Of a DNA stretch of 64,000 nucleotides, positions 61,992 to 64,000 are shown one piece after another. Numbering within the stretch: position 1 is the first letter of the stretch; every line of letters starts with the position of its first letter. The stretch covers positions 12,937-76,936 of the forward strand of contig CAJTZL010000003.1 of assembly GCA_910583695.1 (NCBI GenBank). The letters run 5' to 3'. The notes under the pieces were generated by a model. That model was not told the origin of the DNA. It searched no databases and saw only the letters and a program-made list of their open reading frames with translations. This stretch comes from an uncultured Oscillibacter sp. GTDB lineage: Bacteria; Bacillota; Clostridia; Oscillospirales; Oscillospiraceae. A program made the position numbers and the translations under genes.

Positions 61992-62017
61992 AATCCGCTC
62001 CTTTACTGATTCTGATC

Positions 62018-62479
62018 TCAGCGATCTGCCAGCTTTCCTTTTGGGTCTCTCACATGGAAGTGGCAGTCAAAAATCATCCGGTAGGCTTCCTTTCCGGTCG
62101 CACCGCATTCCTCGCAGGTCCAGTCCTGTGTGCGGAGTTCGTCCGTGATTTCATATGCCCCATAGTGCAAAGAACCGCCGCAAAGAGGGCAAATCTCGGG
62201 CTCATCTATCGGTTTATCCTCCAGCTGAATACCGCACCGGCTGGCATAGGCCAGCAGCTCCACACTTTTCATTTCGGAAAACCGCTTTGCCGCTTCCGCG
62301 ATTCCTTTGATCTTTTTCTCTGTAAACAAGCTGTCCAGCTTGATTCCGGCAGCAGCGTTAAGCTCCTCATCCGTACTCTGCATAATTTTGTCCCGGCCGT
62401 TTTCACCGAACAGCTCCAGCCCCAGGTAAAAGACCATCAGGTCGTCAAGATACATTTTCTTAAAATCTTCGTACTCCAT
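62018..62479 (-). CDS. hypothetical protein with C-terminal zinc ribbon
   Basis: CPLC..CEEC; RBS AAGGGGG. Confidence 0.72.
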   Translation of the reverse strand: MEYEDFKKMYLDDLMVFYLGLELFGENGRDKIMQSTDEELNAAAGIKLDSLFTEKKIKGIAEAAKRFSEMKSVELLAYASRCGIQLEDKPIDEPEICPLCGGSLHYGAYEITDELRTQDWTCEECGATGKEAYRMIFDCHFHVRDPKGKLADR

Positions 62480-62491
62480 AATTTCCCCCTT

Positions 62492-63580
62492 TCACGCCGC
62501 CATACGGCCATAAAGCCGGACCGGCAGCACCATGGCGAAATCGTTCCGCCCCTCCGCCTCCAGGACGATGGGGCTGATTTCACCGCTGAACTTCATTTTC
62601 ACGCGGGACGAATCCTTAAACTGCGTCAGGGCGTCCTTCATAAACCGCTGGTCAAAGCCCACTGTGATCTCGCTTTCCCCCTCGATCTCCACAGACGTAG
62701 AACACTTGGATTCCACCTTGTCAAAAAACAGCCGCCCGCCGCAAAAGCATACCGTGCGGCGATGCTTCTTCGGCTGGAAACTCTCCAGGTACTCCAGTTC
62801 CCGGAGAAACTCCTTCGGGGAGACGAAGAACTCCTCCGAGAAGGTTTCGGGTACGGCGTCCCGCAGGCGAAATGTCTCGAAGCCCTCCCTATGCGCGCAT
62901 ATGCTCACGGCATCGGTGGAAAACCAAATGTGATTGGTTCCGATCCGAACGGCAGCCTCGCTGCCGCCCATCAGCTTGAGAAAGGCCAGCGAATTCCCCC
63001 AGGTCAGGAAGGGCCTGGGAAAGGCCAGGGCTGTATCCGTGTCGCAGGCGGCCCGATGACTGTCCACACAGAACACATCGTTCCCGCTAAACTGTACGCA
63101 GGTCCTCTGCGGTTCGTCATAGATGCCCTGGGGGGCCCGAACGGCATACTTTACCCGCTCGATGCGCTTCAAAAGCGCGGCGGCATTGGTGGTAAAAGAG
63201 ACATTCTCCTCCATCGGGGGCGGCAAAGGGTAATCTTTCTCCGGGAAGGCGTCGAATGTCCCGGACCGGTGTCCGCTGCGAAACGTCACCGTGGGGTAAT
63301 CCGACTTGATATCGTGCACCTCCAGTGTCAGTTCCCCCTGGTAATACCGGCAGGCTTTCGCCACCTCCTGGGGCTTTTGAAACACAAAGGCAAACTCCTC
63401 TTCCCGGGCGGGCAGGGCCACCGTCAGCCAGGTAGTAAAATCCGAGGCGGTCAGGAAACAGCGCCCGTTCTTGAATCGGACCAGAACGCCTTCCAATATG
63501 GGAATGGCGGACCTCTGAATCACTTTTCTCACATGGTTCAGCGCTTCCGAAAAAGCGCCCGCGTCTACGATGGCTCTCAA
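62492..63580 (-). CDS. dnaN: DNA polymerase III beta-clamp homolog, element-encoded
   Basis: SAIPILEGVLV, LTASD, DYP, DSHR, VGFDQRFMKDAL, SPI, MVLPVRL; TTG start after AGGAGG overlapping the ThiF stop. Confidence 0.85.
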   Translation of the reverse strand: MRAIVDAGAFSEALNHVRKVIQRSAIPILEGVLVRFKNGRCFLTASDFTTWLTVALPAREEEFAFVFQKPQEVAKACRYYQGELTLEVHDIKSDYPTVTFRSGHRSGTFDAFPEKDYPLPPPMEENVSFTTNAAALLKRIERVKYAVRAPQGIYDEPQRTCVQFSGNDVFCVDSHRAACDTDTALAFPRPFLTWGNSLAFLKLMGGSEAAVRIGTNHIWFSTDAVSICAHREGFETFRLRDAVPETFSEEFFVSPKEFLRELEYLESFQPKKHRRTVCFCGGRLFFDKVESKCSTSVEIEGESEITVGFDQRFMKDALTQFKDSSRVKMKFSGEISPIVLEAEGRNDFAMVLPVRLYGRMAA

Positions 63581-64000
63581 GCTGCTTTCCTCCTTTTTTT
63601 CTTCTGTTGAATTGTTGGCCGGACGTTGACGGTTTTCGTGGAAAACGTCGTCTGCCGCACGGTACTCTCGCCCAGGGCCAGGATGTTGTACACGATGCTC
63701 ACCACCGCCATGGCCGCCGTGATGTTGGCCGCCATACTCTGGGGCGCAGATACTGACGCCTCGGCGCAGCTCAGCTCCGTGGGGAACTTGTCCGTATCCT
63801 CCAGCACATCCGGGTAGACTGTACCGATGGACGGGTAAATGGTTCTGCCCGCCTGGCGGATGCCGCACACCACCTGCCCGGTGAACTCGCCGTTGCCGGA
63901 ATCGATGTAGATCAGCTCCCTGGCCTGATGGAATACCCGGTGGCAGAGCTGGCGGGACTTGTTGTTGTCCACCGCCCCCAGCAGGATCACCATTTCCTTG
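63577..64000 (-). CDS. ThiF/E1-like adenylyltransferase (PRTRC-ThiF-like), 5' end outside window
   Basis: ILLGAVDNNKSR, YIDSGNGEFTGQV, SCAE, QS..AN..AA. Confidence 0.82.
   Translation of the reverse strand, partial: KEMVILLGAVDNNKSRQLCHRVFHQARELIYIDSGNGEFTGQVVCGIRQAGRTIYPSIGTVYPDVLEDTDKFPTELSCAEASVSAPQSMAANITAAMAVVSIVYNILALGESTVRQTTFSTKTVNVRPTIQQKKKRRKAA

Larger units (their letters stand above)
36623..64000. mobile_element. integrative element or genomic island inserted at tRNA-Pro; right end outside window
   Basis: Integrase and excisionase pointing at the tRNA 3' end, visible GC drop, mobile-element backbone genes up to the edge. Confidence 0.88.

Noticed and set aside
62492-63580. Chromosomal dnaN at oriC
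   Set aside because: No dnaA, recF or gyrB context; diverged and embedded in mobile-element genes.
36623-64000. Calling the element a prophage or a conjugative ICE
   Set aside because: No terminase, capsid, relaxase or T4SS genes in the window, so the type cannot be settled.

Overview
GC-rich Clostridia-type (Oscillospiraceae-like, inferred from gene content) chromosomal window in two halves. Bases 1-36.6 kb are host genes: gdpP-rplI-dnaB-tilS, ylxM-ffh-rpsP-khpA, a flavodiiron protein, a YtrA/ABC module, two COG0523-type GTPases, an acid-sugar catabolic operon with a TRAP transporter, a lacZ/GPH-permease/AraC module, a decayed collagen-like gene, a candidate structured ncRNA and tRNA-Pro(GGG). 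From 36.6 kb to the right edge is a large element integrated at that tRNA. It carries integrase, excisionase and regulators, then an ECF sigma/anti-sigma island with five copies of one promoter-like motif and a run of secreted proteins. It ends in an 18-gene minus-strand backbone run combining an E1-like ThiF and a prokaryotic E2 family D protein with a second beta-clamp, a Rad52-family annealase, a Rad50/SMC-like ATPase, a primase-like protein and a DNA methyltransferase. Half of these backbone proteins end in C-terminal Ala-Ala. No conjugation or virion genes, no Ubl or JAB gene and no second att site are visible in the window. All family assignments come from motif recognition by eye, not database searches.
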